This document shows positions 61,480 to 64,000 of a stretch of DNA of 64,000 nt, piece after piece. Where the stretch lies: contig CP089276.1 in NCBI GenBank assembly GCA_023920165.1, positions 1,550,001 through 1,614,000 of the forward strand. Reading direction: 5' to 3'. Source of the DNA: Curvularia clavata. Taxonomy: Eukaryota. Within the stretch, counting starts at the first letter, position 1, and each line of letters begins with the position of its first letter. The notes below the pieces were generated by a model. That model had not been told where the DNA came from and ran no database searches. It was given only the letters and a program-made list of their open reading frames with translations. The position numbers and the translations under genes were made by a program.

Positions 61480-62532
61480 CTAAACCACATCCTCCATCTC
61501 GTCTTCGCCCTCCGAGTCACCATCACCAGGGCCCTCTGGCGCTGCTGCCTCGGCCTGTTTACTGGTGTCACGCTGATTTTCAAAAACAGCTTGGCGTTTC
61601 CAGTTGCTTGCAAAAGGCCCAGACTTGACAAGGAGTGCAATGTCTCCAAGAACCTCTTTGAGATATTGTTCTGGCTGTTTGGTGCGCTGCTTGATTGCTT
61701 TCATAGGCCAGTATTGATATTCGTCGAATAGAGTATGCAGGAAATCGATGAGATCGGACCTGGCCATACGAGCAGCCTTGTTCTGTTGCGACTTTCCCTT
61801 GGTCATAGGTCTGATGAAGTTCTTGAATCGGTTGTTGAGCATGATAGAATTGTTGATATCCGAGACCTCGGTATCCTTCGTGATGATGGTGGTTGTATGC
61901 GAGCCTTGAATGGCTTGTTTGATGCGCGCAGCGCTAAAGTCTTGGTATTCTTTGGTTTCTAAGGGATTGGCGTTGTACTGCCGTGTTGCGTGGCCCAGGA
62001 GTGCGGTTTGCTTAGGAATGGCTTTCTTGTACTTGCTCCGCTTTTGCACGCGCGCCTTGGGGTCTTGCACACCACCGAAGCTTCCTTGGTGGCCCCCTCG
62101 ACCAAAGCCGTGCCCCCGGAAGCCTGGTAAATCCTTTTCTGTGAAGACATATGTGTTCCCTAGCAGTGTGTCGGTGGCTGGTGCAGGGTCTAGCTGGAAG
62201 GCGGACGGCAGATTCGACTTTGCACGCCAGCGGTCGTTGAGAAAGATGCGCATCGGCTTTGTTTTGTCGATGCCGCTCGTTGTCGCGAAACCGTAAACCT
62301 CTCCGATTTGTATTTGATCGTTGTCATTGCCATCAGCAAGGTCCTCCCACTTGGAAACAGCCTCATATAGCCACGGTGGGATACGCGTAAGCCATATGTC
62401 TTTCTCTGGACCATCCTTATTCATGATCATCTCGCCAGTGTCTTCATAGAACTCGTCGTCCATGAAGCCGCCGCCCGGTGTCGATGCGTCTGGGTCCATT
62501 TTGACGTCAGGATCCGCTTTTATGCCGTTCAT
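61480..62532 (-). CDS. TFG2: General transcription factor TFIIF beta subunit (Tfg2/RAP30)
   Basis: IWLTRIPPWL, NTYVFTEKDLPG, KAIPKQTALLG, and winged helix KAARMARSDLIDFLHTLFDEYQYWPMKAIKQRTKQPEQYLKEVL. Confidence 0.95.
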   Translation of the reverse strand: MNGIKADPDVKMDPDASTPGGGFMDDEFYEDTGEMIMNKDGPEKDIWLTRIPPWLYEAVSKWEDLADGNDNDQIQIGEVYGFATTSGIDKTKPMRIFLNDRWRAKSNLPSAFQLDPAPATDTLLGNTYVFTEKDLPGFRGHGFGRGGHQGSFGGVQDPKARVQKRSKYKKAIPKQTALLGHATRQYNANPLETKEYQDFSAARIKQAIQGSHTTTIITKDTEVSDINNSIMLNNRFKNFIRPMTKGKSQQNKAARMARSDLIDFLHTLFDEYQYWPMKAIKQRTKQPEQYLKEVLGDIALLVKSGPFASNWKRQAVFENQRDTSKQAEAAAPEGPGDGDSEGEDEMEDVV

Positions 62533-63128
62533 GGCGACGAGTAGAAGCTGAACAGTGGGAGGATAAAGTCGTGGGTCAAATACGTGCGATGGAGGCAGTG
62601 AGGTGTAGATGGGATGATGAAAGGCAGCAGGCCGCCCATGGTTAGCTCGTTCCTGGCGCGCGCGCGCATTAGCGTGCCAAGATCGTTATCGATAATACAG
62701 AGTCGAGCACTCTCACCACAACTAGCGACACCAGAAAATGGCGACCTAGTAAAGGAGCTGTTTTCAAAAGTAGCTGTAGCTGTCAGAGTCATTTGTTAAT
62801 TAATACGCTCTTAATACTCACGTCTTTAATTTTGAAAGTAACTGTACTTGTGACAGATGTTTATTCATGTTGATGGCATGTCTTTGTAGTGAGCTTGTCT
62901 TGACGTTTCGGTTTTAGCCTCGCGCTTGCCCCAGCTGCCCCACGTCTGCTGCCTGCCACCTCTATCGCAGGCGTCATCTTGATCTTCTCTCGCAATACGA
63001 GTGCTGTCAACAAACACATTCCTTTGTCCTTCCATGTACTTTGAACCAGAGCCGGTGTATTGACGACTATCCACACCCCTAACGGCGCTAATCCATCACA
63101 ATTGATTACGCTTGCCCCTCCCCAAGCC

Positions 63129-64000
63129 ATGGCCTCGCAAGCTGTCACCACTGCTTTACAGCAGATCGAGACAGCACCCATTAGCGAAAAGCCCTCCCAG
63201 TATACCGCTCTTCTCCAACAGATTATTGAGTCATCGACCAATGTGGCTGTCGACCTCAAAGCATATGCACAAACTCTCCTCGACGATTCGCTCGGCATAG
63301 TGGTGCTTAGACCACTTCTTGCTACCTTCGTGGACGCTTTCCGGACACTCAAGGATCCAGATGCTAAGATAGAGATTGGAGAAACTGTCATCACACTCCT
63401 GCAATCCAAGGGTGCAGGGCAGTATGAAGAGCAGGACACGCAGATCAAGCAAGCACTGGCGGATGCTTTCGAAGAAAATGAGGACTACAGGCGGTCTGCG
63501 CAGACACTCGCTACCATCAACCTAGAGTCCACCCAGAAGTCTGTCACTCCCGATGAAAAGGCCAAGGTATGGATCCGGATAGTGCGGTGCTATTTGGAAG
63601 AGGACGACCCGACAAGCGCGTACACCCATCTCAACAAGATCAAAAACATTATTTTCAGTGTCCAGGATAAGGCTACCAAAGTCATGTTCCACCTTAGCCA
63701 AGCCCGAATACTTGACTCGCAGCGTTCATTCCTCGACGCTGCACAAGCGTACTATGGCATAAGTAATGAGCCAATGGTGGACAGTGAAGAACGAGATGGG
63801 TTCCTTGGAAGGGCCATCATCTGCACTGTCCTCGCGCCAGCAGGTCCTCAGCGAGGGAAGATGTTGGCCAAACTGTACAAAGACGACCGAGCTAGTTCCG
63901 CTGATGACTTCCCAATCTTGGAAAAGATCTTTTTGAACCGTCTGCTCACACCTGCCGAGATCAAAGCTTTCTCTGCTAAACTCGATCCCCACCACCTCGC
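63129..64000 (+). CDS. CSN4: COP9 signalosome subunit 4, 5' part; runs off the right edge
   Basis: Manual translation from ATG 63129: MASQAVTTALQQIE...SLGIVVLRPLL...YEEQDTQIKQALADAFEENEDY...WIRIVRCYLEEDD...QARILDSQRSFLDAA...VLAPAGPQRGKMLAKLYKDDR...ILEKIFLNRLL. No stop before the edge. Confidence 0.94.
   Translation, partial: MASQAVTTALQQIETAPISEKPSQYTALLQQIIESSTNVAVDLKAYAQTLLDDSLGIVVLRPLLATFVDAFRTLKDPDAKIEIGETVITLLQSKGAGQYEEQDTQIKQALADAFEENEDYRRSAQTLATINLESTQKSVTPDEKAKVWIRIVRCYLEEDDPTSAYTHLNKIKNIIFSVQDKATKVMFHLSQARILDSQRSFLDAAQAYYGISNEPMVDSEERDGFLGRAIICTVLAPAGPQRGKMLAKLYKDDRASSADDFPILEKIFLNRLLTPAEIKAFSAKLDPHHL

Noticed and set aside
1..64000. tRNA, 5S rRNA, snRNA, transposon, RIP-degraded repeat, CRISPR array or biosynthetic gene cluster
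   Set aside because: No such signatures recognised by eye. Small ncRNAs could have been missed; tRNAscan-SE and Infernal/Rfam would settle this.

Overview
Gene-dense, intron-containing euchromatin from a filamentous ascomycete. The evidence is short GT-AG introns with CTRAC branch sites; the close Alt a 7-like flavodoxin suggests Dothideomycetes/Pleosporales (inference). I support 24 protein-coding genes: Scm3 (partial), Atg6, an F-box/LRR-like protein, a WrbA/Pst2-Ycp4 quinone oxidoreductase, Npp1, a hypothetical protein, eIF3d, Vma21, Fun30, an SH3BGR-like protein, MeaB, a Kv-beta-type aldo-keto reductase, a small secreted protein, a RING protein, SF3B1, a GFA protein, TFIIS, Eaf6, NsdC, a PAS hybrid histidine kinase, Yos1, an HxxxD acyltransferase-like protein, TFIIF-beta and CSN4 (partial). 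I recognised no tRNA, rRNA, transposon or secondary-metabolite cluster. The standout observation is that the quinone oxidoreductase stop codon lies in the canonical readthrough context TGA-CTAG. It is followed in frame by 67 open codons ending in GPCGLPTKCDIM*, a CaaX prenylation box with an upstream Cys. One gene may therefore make both a soluble Pst2-like isoform and a lipid-anchored Ycp4-like isoform by translational readthrough. All identifications are from motif recall; no database searches were run.
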